From Elusimicrobiota bacterium (GTDB lineage: Bacteria > Elusimicrobiota > Elusimicrobia > UBA1565), in contig JBDREN010000049.1 in NCBI GenBank assembly GCA_043819795.1, positions 2,379-66,378 of the forward strand: DNA of 64,000 nt, read 5' to 3'. The position numbers were made by a program, and so were the translations under genes. Of the stretch, positions 56,709 through 64,000 are shown piece by piece. Below the pieces are notes generated by a model. It was not told where the DNA came from. It saw only the letters and a program-made list of their open reading frames with translations, and searched no databases. The stretch's first letter is position 1. The number at the start of each line of letters is the position of its first letter.

Positions 56709-57752
56709 ATGCTGTACAAGGTGATCACGAAGGCCGAGTTTCGGAAGTTCGTCGACGGCCTGATCCAGGACAACCAGACTATAGGCCCCAAGCGGGTCGC
56801 CACGGACGCGAAAGGCAAGCCCGTCTACCAGTTTGTCGAGGTCCGCTCCTTCGACGAGTTGGACCTCGACTACACGATCACCTACTCCTCGGTGAAGAAT
56901 TTCTTCCACCCCTTCCGCGAGGAGCTGTCTCGTTTCAAGCTGAAAGATGACGATTGGGAGCAGGAGATCGAATACCGCGTCAATCCGAGGGTCATCATCG
57001 GCGTGCGGCCGTGCGACATCAACGCCTTGGCGATCCTGGACAAGGTGTTCTTGAGCGGGAGATTCCCCTCGCCGTACTACATCGCCCGGCGCCGGAACAC
57101 CTTCCTGATCGGAATGGACCATCTGCCCCTGGATGACTGCTTCTGCGAGTCCCTGAACCGGCACGCCCCGCGCGAGGGGTTCAACCTCTACTGCTCGGAC
57201 ATCGGGGACAGATACTATCTCTCGATCCTTTCCTCAAAGGCCTTCAGCTTCCTCAAGAACGTGAGGACGAGCGAGCCCTCCAAGGCGGACAACAAAAGAT
57301 ACATCGAGAGAAGAAAGCTCATCAAACGGAGCTTCAAGACCAAGGTGGAGGTCTCGGGCCTGCCGAGCTTCCTGGACATCGAGTTCAAGTCCCCGATATG
57401 GGATAAATGGGGGGACAAGTGCCTGAACTGCGGGACATGCGCCATGGTCTGCCCCACGTGCTACTGCTACGGGGTGGAGCAGTCCGTGGACGTGGACCTG
57501 AAGACCGCCCGCAAGGAGCGCATGCTGTACTCCTGCAACGTCGTGGATTTCGCGGAGGTGGCCGGAGGGCACAACTTCAGGCCGAAGAAGGCGGACAGGC
57601 TGAAGTACCGGTTCTATCACCATTACAGGGGTTTCGAGGAGAACGCCGACGAGCAGATCTGCGTTGGCTGCAACCGGTGCGGCAGGGCCTGCCTGGCGGG
57701 GATCAACCCGAAGGACGTGATCAACGACTTGAGGCTGGAGACCGGAGAATGA
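56709..57752 (+). CDS. Group 3b [NiFe]-hydrogenase beta subunit / anaerobic sulfite reductase AsrA-like iron-sulfur subunit
   Basis: AsrA/HydB-like Cys clusters ([16 protein letters not shown]; [14 protein letters not shown]). Confidence 0.75.
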   Translation: MLYKVITKAEFRKFVDGLIQDNQTIGPKRVATDAKGKPVYQFVEVRSFDELDLDYTITYSSVKNFFHPFREELSRFKLKDDDWEQEIEYRVNPRVIIGVRPCDINALAILDKVFLSGRFPSPYYIARRRNTFLIGMDHLPLDDCFCESLNRHAPREGFNLYCSDIGDRYYLSILSSKAFSFLKNVRTSEPSKADNKRYIERRKLIKRSFKTKVEVSGLPSFLDIEFKSPIWDKWGDKCLNCGTCAMVCPTCYCYGVEQSVDVDLKTARKERMLYSCNVVDFAEVAGGHNFRPKKADRLKYRFYHHYRGFEENADEQICVGCNRCGRACLAGINPKDVINDLRLETGE

Positions 57753-58663
57753 AGGCGGGATTCAAAATACCCAGGCAGGACATCAATCTCGAGCCGTTCA
57801 TGACGGCGCCTCCCCAGTTCAACCGCAAGACCATCGTCATGCGCACGGACAAGGTCTACAAGTGCGAGCTCATCAACATCGTCGAGCTGACCTCCATGGA
57901 GAAGCTCTTCCATCTCAAGATCATCGACCCCCGCGAGAGGAAGCTGTTCTCCTTCCGGCCGGGACAGTTCGTGATGGTCCAGGTGCCCGGCTCCGGGGAG
58001 GTCCCGGTCTCCATATCGAGCTCGAGCAACAACCGGGAGTTCCTGGAGCTGTGCGTCCGCAGGGCGGGGCGCACCACCGGCATGCTGCACCGGGCCCGGA
58101 TCGGCGCGAAGGTGGGGATCCGCGGGCCCTTCGGCTCGTCTTTCCCCATGGAGGAGATGGCTGGCCACAACGTCCTGCTGATCGCCGGAGGGCTCGGCCT
58201 GGCCCCCCTGCGCGCCCCCATCTGCTGGGTCAACGAGCGCCGGGACCAGTACGGCGACGTCCACATCCTCTACGGCGCCAAAGAGCCTTCCCAGATGCTC
58301 TTCACGTACGAATTCAAGGAATGGGAACGGGTGAACCACATCAATCTGCTGACCATCGTCGAGAAGGCGGACAAGGCCTGGAAGGGCGGGACGGGCCTCA
58401 TCACCGAGCTCTTCAGGGATTTCTCCATCAAGCCGCTCGACACCTACGCGATCGTGTGCGGGCCGCCCGTCATGTTCAAGTTCGTGTGCGGGCATCTGGA
58501 CTCCATCGGGGTTCCCATGAACCGCATGTTCGTCTCCCTGGAGCGGCGGATGCACTGCGGCATGGGCAAGTGCTGCCGGTGCATGGTGGGCTCGACGTTC
58601 ACCTGCGTGGAAGGCCCCGTGTTCGACTACTGGAGCGTCATGAATTTGAAGGAGGCGATTTGA
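57749..58663 (+). CDS. Group 3b [NiFe]-hydrogenase gamma subunit / AsrB-like FAD-NAD(P) oxidoreductase with [2Fe-2S] cluster
   Basis: Ferredoxin-reductase-type FAD/NAD-binding fold ([20 protein letters not shown]) and C-terminal CGMGKCCRC...C cluster. Start set at ATG 57749, overlapping the upstream stop. Confidence 0.75.
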   Translation: MKAGFKIPRQDINLEPFMTAPPQFNRKTIVMRTDKVYKCELINIVELTSMEKLFHLKIIDPRERKLFSFRPGQFVMVQVPGSGEVPVSISSSSNNREFLELCVRRAGRTTGMLHRARIGAKVGIRGPFGSSFPMEEMAGHNVLLIAGGLGLAPLRAPICWVNERRDQYGDVHILYGAKEPSQMLFTYEFKEWERVNHINLLTIVEKADKAWKGGTGLITELFRDFSIKPLDTYAIVCGPPVMFKFVCGHLDSIGVPMNRMFVSLERRMHCGMGKCCRCMVGSTFTCVEGPVFDYWSVMNLKEAI

Positions 58664-59415
58664 GATACCTCGGCATCGAGCTCAAGAAGCCCAGGATCGC
58701 CGTCTTCGACTTCACCTGCTGCGAGGGCTGCGAGCTGCAGCTGGCGAACAAGGAGGAGACCCTGGTCGATTTCCTCTCCCTTGTCGAGGTCGTGAACTTC
58801 CGGGAGGTGTCCTCGGACAAGAGCGAGGACTACGAGATCGCCTTCGTGGAGGGGGCGGTCTCGAGGGAGGATGAGGTCGCTCGCCTGAAGAAGATCAGGG
58901 TGAACGCGAAGGTCCTCGTGGCTTTCGGCGCCTGCGCCTGCTTCGGCGGCGTGAACCAGATCAAGAACAAGTTCCCGCTCAAGTCGGTCGTCCGAGAGGT
59001 GTACGGCAGGCACCGCGTGGCCACGTCCAAGGTGCGGAAGATCAGCGAAGTGGTCAAAGTGGATCTCGAGATCCCGGGCTGTCCGGTCTCCAAGAAAGAG
59101 GTGGAAAGGATCGTCGTCGCTCTGGTCACGGGCGCGGGCATCAGCCTGCCGAAGTACCCCGTCTGCCTCGAGTGCAAGGCGAAGTGCAACGTCTGCGTCC
59201 TGGACCTCGGGCAGATCTGCCTGGGTCCGATCACGCGCGCGGGCTGCGATTCGCCCTGCCCATCCGGGGGGACCGCGTGCCTGGGCTGCAGGGGGCCGGC
59301 GCCCGAGGCCAATTACGAGTCGTTCCTGCGGATATTGAAAGACCGGGGCTTCAAGGCCCCGGAGATCAAGGAGAGGCTCGAGTTCTACGGCGCCTTCAAC
59401 GGGGTCATGAGATGA
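58660..59415 (+). CDS. [NiFe]-hydrogenase small (delta) subunit, group 3 type
   Basis: Proximal-cluster Cys ligands ([10 protein letters not shown]; GACACFGG; PGCP). TTG start at 58660 after AGGAGG. The track ORF in this frame is artificially extended upstream. Confidence 0.75.
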   Translation: MRYLGIELKKPRIAVFDFTCCEGCELQLANKEETLVDFLSLVEVVNFREVSSDKSEDYEIAFVEGAVSREDEVARLKKIRVNAKVLVAFGACACFGGVNQIKNKFPLKSVVREVYGRHRVATSKVRKISEVVKVDLEIPGCPVSKKEVERIVVALVTGAGISLPKYPVCLECKAKCNVCVLDLGQICLGPITRAGCDSPCPSGGTACLGCRGPAPEANYESFLRILKDRGFKAPEIKERLEFYGAFNGVMR

Positions 59416-60686
59416 AGCGCGCCAGGGAGATCACCGTACGCCATGTGACCCGGGTCGAGGGCCACGGCGACATCCATATCAAGGTGAAAGACGGCCGGCT
59501 CGTGGATGCGCGGTGGGCCGTGGTGGAGACCCCGCGTTTCTTCGAGGCCATGCTCAAGGGCATGTCCCATGATCTGGCGCCCATACTGACGGCCAGGATC
59601 TGCGGCATCTGCTCCATAGGCCACTGCCTGGCGAGCCTGAGGGCGGTGGAGAGGGCCATGGACGTCAAGGTCCCGGAGACCGCGCGGCTGTTGCGCCTGC
59701 TCGCCAAGCACGGCGAGACCCTTCAGAGCCACGCGCTCCACGTGTTCTTCCTGTCCGCGCCCGATCTCTTCAAGGTGGGGAGCGTCATCCCCCTGATCAA
59801 GTCCCATCCCGAGGTCGTCGGCATCGCGGCCAGGCTCAAGAAGCTGGGAAACGACGCTTGCGACCTGATCGCGGGGCGGACCACGCACCCGGTGAGCCTG
59901 GTGGTGGGCGGGCTCAGCAGGCTGCCCACGGACAAGCAGATCGAGGAGCTGAGGGGCGCGTTCCTTGCGAGGCTGCCGGACATGCGCGCGGCCGTCGACC
60001 TCTTCAAGACGCTTCCCATGCCGGACTTCCAGCGGGAGACGGAGTTCGTGTCATTGAAGGGCCAGGGGGACTATCCCTGGATCGGGGGGGATCTCGTGTC
60101 GTCCGACGGCGTCCGCAGGCCGGAGGACGGCTACCTGGCCATGACGAACGAATACAAAGTGGAGTTCAGCACCTCGAAGTTCGCCAAGCTGAGTAGGGAG
60201 TCCTTCGCGGTCGGCGCCCTGGCGAGGTTCAACAACAATCACAAGCATCTGCGGCCGGAGGCGAAGGGAGCCGCCAAGGCGCTGGGCTTGAGTCCCCTGA
60301 GCCACAACCCTTTCATGAACAACGTGGCCCAGCTCGTGGAATGCTATCACGTGATGCTGGAGTCCATCGAGTTGCTGGACGGGCTTCTGGGCCGCCGGGG
60401 AAAGACCGCGTCCCGTCCTTATAAAGTGAAGGCCGGCCGGGGCGTCGCCGCCGTGGAGGTGCCCCGGGGCATCCTCTACCACGAATACGAGCTCGACAAG
60501 AAGGGCAAGGTCGTCAGGGCGAACTGCGTCATCCCCACCACGCAGAACCACGCCAACATCCACCACGATCTCCGGGCGCTCGCCGCGCGGCTGGTGCGGG
60601 AAGGCAAAAGCGACGGGGAGATCACTTTGCTGAGCGAGATGCTGGTCCGGTCCTACGACCCCTGCATCTCCTGCTCCGTCCACTAG
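59412..60686 (+). CDS. [NiFe]-hydrogenase large (alpha) subunit, group 3b type
   Basis: N-terminal Ni-Fe ligands [10 protein letters not shown] and C-terminal DPCISCSVH. The protein ends exactly at the His, with no C-terminal extension. Start ATG 59412 overlaps the small-subunit stop. Confidence 0.85.
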   Translation: MKRAREITVRHVTRVEGHGDIHIKVKDGRLVDARWAVVETPRFFEAMLKGMSHDLAPILTARICGICSIGHCLASLRAVERAMDVKVPETARLLRLLAKHGETLQSHALHVFFLSAPDLFKVGSVIPLIKSHPEVVGIAARLKKLGNDACDLIAGRTTHPVSLVVGGLSRLPTDKQIEELRGAFLARLPDMRAAVDLFKTLPMPDFQRETEFVSLKGQGDYPWIGGDLVSSDGVRRPEDGYLAMTNEYKVEFSTSKFAKLSRESFAVGALARFNNNHKHLRPEAKGAAKALGLSPLSHNPFMNNVAQLVECYHVMLESIELLDGLLGRRGKTASRPYKVKAGRGVAAVEVPRGILYHEYELDKKGKVVRANCVIPTTQNHANIHHDLRALAARLVREGKSDGEITLLSEMLVRSYDPCISCSVH

Positions 60687-61591
60687 AGCAGATCTTTCGC
60701 CTCGGGGAAGCTCGTCTGGGTGCCGGACGAGCGCACGCTGAGGGCGGCCACGCGGTTGGCCCGCCGTACCGCTTCGGGCAGCGCCGTGCCGGAGGCCAGG
60801 AAGAAGGCCAGGCTGCCCACGAACGCGTCCCCGGCTCCGGTCGTGTCGACGGCCTTCACGGGCTCGACGGGCACGTGCTCGGCGCCGCCGCCGGCGACTA
60901 GCAGGCTGCCCCGCTCTCCCAGGGTCAGGATCACCGTCCCCGCTCCGCGCTCCACGAGGACGCGCGCCGCGGCCTCGGCCTCCTTTGGGGTCCCCACCGG
61001 CATGCCGGTCAGGAGCTCGGTCTCGCTCTCGTTGGGGCAGAAGACGTCGCTCAGCCGGTAGAGCTCCTCCGGCAGGTCCGGACGGGCCGGCGCCGGATTG
61101 AAGATGGTCCTTACTCCTTCCTGGCGGGCGATGCGCAGGGCGGCCAAGGAGACCTCCAGGGGGATCTCCAGCTGGCAGACCAGTATCCGGGCGGCGGCGA
61201 TCGACCGGCGCCCGGCCTCGATCTCACCCTCGGTCAGCAGATCGTTGGCTCCGGTCACGATGATGATGGAGTTGCGCCCTTCCGGGTCCACGGCGATCGG
61301 GGCCACTCCCGAGAACGCCCGGTCGGTGAGATGCACATGCCGGGTGTCCACTCCCAGGGACTCGAAGTTCTTCAAGGTGTCCTTGCCGAAGACGTCGTCT
61401 CCCAGCTTGGCCACCATGGCGACGTCGCCTCCCAGTTTGGCGGCCATGACCGCCTGGTTGGCGCCCTTGCCCCCGAATCCCATGTGGAAGCGGGTCCCAT
61501 GCAGAGTCTCGCCCACGCGGGGCAGCCTCGGCACGTAACTGATCAGATCGAGATTGCATGCCCCCACGACGCAGATCTTCGGTCTATCCAT
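60683..61591 (-). CDS. rbsK: Ribokinase (PfkB family)
   Basis: GGKGANQA and DTTGAGDAF motifs. 302 aa. Confidence 0.85.
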   Translation of the reverse strand: MDRPKICVVGACNLDLISYVPRLPRVGETLHGTRFHMGFGGKGANQAVMAAKLGGDVAMVAKLGDDVFGKDTLKNFESLGVDTRHVHLTDRAFSGVAPIAVDPEGRNSIIIVTGANDLLTEGEIEAGRRSIAAARILVCQLEIPLEVSLAALRIARQEGVRTIFNPAPARPDLPEELYRLSDVFCPNESETELLTGMPVGTPKEAEAAARVLVERGAGTVILTLGERGSLLVAGGGAEHVPVEPVKAVDTTGAGDAFVGSLAFFLASGTALPEAVRRANRVAALSVRSSGTQTSFPEAKDLL

Positions 61592-61706
61592 GTGGCTTCC
61601 TCCTGAGCGTGCGGCCGGCCAGCTCGTAGATGGTATGAAAAAAAGCGGGCGGCGGACCCGGGCCCGAGTCCCGCCGGAAGCATCCTACATGTGTTCGGTC
61701 AGGTTA

Positions 61707-61735
61707 TTGATTTGGGAGTACAGTTAAGCTATACT
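61707..61735 (+). promoter_or_regulatory. Sigma-70-type promoter (TTGATT, 17 bp spacer, TATACT) for the MerR-family gene, overlapping a 16/20 imperfect palindrome
   Basis: TTGATT at 61707-61712, TATACT at 61730-61735. Palindrome gctatactatatagagtagc spans the -10 region. Confidence 0.45.
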
Positions 61736-61756
61736 ATATAGAGTAGCTTTGTAATA

Positions 61757-62272
61757 ATGGTAGACCCTGCAAAGGCTTTTACCGAACCTGTGATTGCGAT
61801 CGGGACGCTGGCTGAGAAGAGCGGCCTTTCCGTATCCGCGATCCGGAAGTACGAGGCGGAGGGCCTGCTCATTCCCTTTCGGACGCCTTCCGGCCATCGC
61901 CTGTTTTCTCACGAGGACATGGACCGGGTGAAGATCATCCGCCACATGATCCAGGAGCTGGGCCTGAACATCGAGGGCATCAGGAGGCTGCAGGCGCTGC
62001 TTCCGTGCTGGGAGCTGGTCCGGTGCTCGGAGGATAAGCGAAGCGAGTGCCCGGCCTACAAAGACAACTCCAAGCCGTGCTGGATGGTCCGGGGAGGGGA
62101 CTGCAGCGCGCGCGGGAACGAATGCCGCAGCTGCGCGGTGTACCGGTTCGGCTCGCAGTGCACCGAGGACATCAAGCGCGTGGTGCACAACCGGGCGGCT
62201 CCGGAGGAGCTGAGCGAGGAAGTGCGGAAGGCTTTGAACAGGCTGGAACAACCTGAGAAGGGGGATAGATGA
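61757..62272 (+). CDS. MerR-family transcriptional regulator with C-terminal Cys-rich (8 Cys) domain
   Basis: MerR HTH (IGTLAEKSGLSVSAIRKYEAEGLL) and a C-terminal segment CWELVRC...C..C...C..C..C..C. Confidence 0.75.
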   Translation: MVDPAKAFTEPVIAIGTLAEKSGLSVSAIRKYEAEGLLIPFRTPSGHRLFSHEDMDRVKIIRHMIQELGLNIEGIRRLQALLPCWELVRCSEDKRSECPAYKDNSKPCWMVRGGDCSARGNECRSCAVYRFGSQCTEDIKRVVHNRAAPEELSEEVRKALNRLEQPEKGDR

Positions 62273-63156
62273 TAGTCATACTCACCTATGTCGCGTTGAT
62301 CGTGTTCGGGGCGGGATTCCTTTATAGAGGCTTAAGCATCGCGATGATGCCGGTGCATCTGCGATGGGAGCTCGCGCCCGTGCCGCACGAAAAAGGAAGA
62401 GCCCATTACGGGGGGTCTTACCTGGAGGAGTTCGAGTGGTGGACCAAGCCCAGGGAGAAGTCGCTTGTGGGCGAAGCCTTCTACATGTTCCAGGAGATCG
62501 TCTTCCTCAAGGGAGTCTGGGAGCACAACCGCTCTTTGTGGGTGTTCTCCTTCCCGTTCCATTTCGGTTTGTACCTGCTCGTCGGCATGGGGGGGTGCCT
62601 CATCCTGGCGTCTTTCGGCGTCCCATTCTTCGGCCCGGCGGCTTTGGCCCTCGGAGGAGCGGGCTACGTGCTGGGCAGCGTCGGGACCTTGGGGCTCCTT
62701 GCCAGGCGCGCCTTCGACCCCAAGCTCAAGCCCTTCACCAGCATGGCGTCGTATTTCAACCTCCTGTTCCTGGCGGCGGTGTTCGTGACCGGCTGCGTCG
62801 CGTTGTTCTCGGGGGGCTTTCTGGCGGACATGACCTCCTACCTCAAGGCCGTCGCCTTCGCCGAGGCGGGGCCGGCGCTGGGCGCCGCGATCTCGACGCA
62901 CATCGCCGTGGGGATGCTCTTCCTCGTCTACCTGCCGTTCACCTACATGATGCATTTCGTGGCCAAGTACTTCACCTACCACGAAGTGCGGTGGAACGGC
63001 GAGCCCATGTCGGGCAATGACGCCATGCAGGAAGAGGTCAAGAAGCTGCTCGGGCAGACCGTGACGTGGTCCGCTCCACACATCGGCGCCGACGGCAAGA
63101 AGAACTGGGTCGATATCGCCACCGCGGGGACAGCCAAGGAGAAAAAAGATGCCTAA
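62269..63156 (+). CDS. NarI/DsrM/HdrE-like heme-b membrane subunit (second copy)
   Basis: Five to six TM helices with conserved His residues. Confidence 0.55.
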   Translation: MIVILTYVALIVFGAGFLYRGLSIAMMPVHLRWELAPVPHEKGRAHYGGSYLEEFEWWTKPREKSLVGEAFYMFQEIVFLKGVWEHNRSLWVFSFPFHFGLYLLVGMGGCLILASFGVPFFGPAALALGGAGYVLGSVGTLGLLARRAFDPKLKPFTSMASYFNLLFLAAVFVTGCVALFSGGFLADMTSYLKAVAFAEAGPALGAAISTHIAVGMLFLVYLPFTYMMHFVAKYFTYHEVRWNGEPMSGNDAMQEEVKKLLGQTVTWSAPHIGADGKKNWVDIATAGTAKEKKDA

Positions 63157-64000
63157 GCCCCTGAGAGTCGAGGATTTCGGGAAGAACGAAGGGCAGCAGC
63201 TGACCAGCGTCGACATGAGCGACCTGGTCCCCCTGCCGCCCCCTTACGACAAGATCGAGGAGCAGCCGGTATGGAAGGAGATCAAGCCGGAGGCGAAGGA
63301 GAAGATGGCCTGCAACCTCGACGGGGTGGTCGCCTGCAGCCTGCCCAAGCCCAAGGACGCCGCCGAGGAGCAGGAGATCGTCGACAAGTTCGTCTCGGGC
63401 CTTAGGAAAATCCTGACGAAAGAGAACAATTGGACCTTCCTCCAGCCGCTTATGCTGTCTTTGGAGTACTGCGCCAAGTGCCAGACCTGCAACGACGCCT
63501 GCCCGGTCTACGAATTCAGCGGCAAGAACGACCTCTACCGGCCCACTTACCGTTCCGAGGTGTGGCGGCGCCTGGTCAACAAGTACGTCAAGTCCGGCCC
63601 CAAGTGGCTGGCGAAGTTCAAGCACGGGGATATCGACCTTAACTGGACGACGGTCTCGAGGCTCTACGAGCTTGCCTACCGCTGCACCTTGTGCCGCCGC
63701 TGCGCGCAGGCCTGCCCCATGGGAGTCGACAACGGGCTCATCACCCACGAGCTGCGCAAGATCTTCAGCCAGGAGCTGGGCTGGGCCCCGAAGGAGCTCC
63801 ATGAGAAGGGCACCGTGCTGCAGCTCGATGTCGGCTCCTCGACGGGCATGAGCCCCCTGGTGGTCAAGGACAACATCGAGTTCGTGGACGAGGACTTCTC
63901 CGAGGAGTCCGGCCTGGACGCCAAGACTCCGTGGGACAAGGAGGGCGCGGAGGTCCTGCTCATCCATAACGCGGGCGAGATCATGACCTGGCCGGAGAAC
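63149..64000 (+). CDS. DsrK/HdrD-like iron-sulfur oxidoreductase, second copy (3' end beyond the window)
   Basis: Not in the ORF track because no stop occurs before 64000. Frame read manually from ATG 63149 (RBS AAGGAG). CAKCQTCNDACP and CTLCRRCAQACPMG motifs are paralogous to the 49389 gene. Confidence 0.65.
   Translation, partial: MPKPLRVEDFGKNEGQQLTSVDMSDLVPLPPPYDKIEEQPVWKEIKPEAKEKMACNLDGVVACSLPKPKDAAEEQEIVDKFVSGLRKILTKENNWTFLQPLMLSLEYCAKCQTCNDACPVYEFSGKNDLYRPTYRSEVWRRLVNKYVKSGPKWLAKFKHGDIDLNWTTVSRLYELAYRCTLCRRCAQACPMGVDNGLITHELRKIFSQELGWAPKELHEKGTVLQLDVGSSTGMSPLVVKDNIEFVDEDFSEESGLDAKTPWDKEGAEVLLIHNAGEIMTWPEN

Noticed and set aside
1-64000. CRISPR arrays, rRNA and tRNA genes, integrase/transposase/phage genes, toxin-antitoxin or known defence-system genes
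   Set aside because: No direct-repeat/spacer arrays. The intergenic regions are too short or lack tRNA T-loop-like GTTCGAATC-type motifs. No ORF shows integrase, transposase, restriction-modification, Cas or Abi signatures. The only mobile-element-like feature is the inverted-repeat element at 47471-47773.

Overview
This is a 64 kb, high-GC (roughly 65-70%) chromosomal window from a Gram-negative bacterium; the outer-membrane machinery (TamA/TamB, AsmA, BamE-like lipoprotein, porin-type beta-barrel) makes that clear. It is densely coding on both strands and I see no rRNA, tRNA or CRISPR array. All assignments are from reading the supplied ORF translations for family motifs; no database search was possible.

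Content falls into four blocks:
- (i) 1-22.7 kb, envelope and housekeeping: MscS, truncated phosphoketolase, MgtC, MFS, cbpA-cbpM chaperone pair, MBL hydrolase, cardiolipin synthase, ldtD-mepK-like peptidoglycan pair.
- (ii) 5.0-10.3 kb: a signal-peptide-bearing PEP-utilizing-enzyme homolog with permuted domain order, followed by two class-A beta-lactamase-like serine hydrolases.
- (iii) 22.9-28.6 kb, a tight four-gene operon I cannot assign to any known pathway: threonine-synthase-like PLP enzyme, DUF1611, a fusion of a PP-loop ATP-pyrophosphatase with a creatininase-family amidohydrolase, and an enolase-superfamily dipeptide epimerase.
- (iv) 48.0-64.0 kb, a redox island: a PAS/sigma-54 activator; a DsrMKJOP-like set (K, M, O, and P fused to a C-terminal hexaheme cytochrome c in place of a separate DsrJ); a PAS histidine kinase with two receiver proteins; a group-3b (sulfhydrogenase-type) [NiFe]-hydrogenase operon; ribokinase; and a MerR regulator with a Cys-rich tail next to a second NarI-like plus HdrD/DsrK-like pair, which runs off the window end.

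Between 41.7 and 48.0 kb lie a 1324-aa GAF/PAS hybrid histidine kinase, a solute-binding protein, and a ~1 kb non-coding stretch. That stretch contains a ~300 bp element bounded by ~32 bp imperfect inverted repeats (MITE-like), a 15 bp perfect hairpin, and an AT-rich island carrying a perfect sigma-70 promoter.
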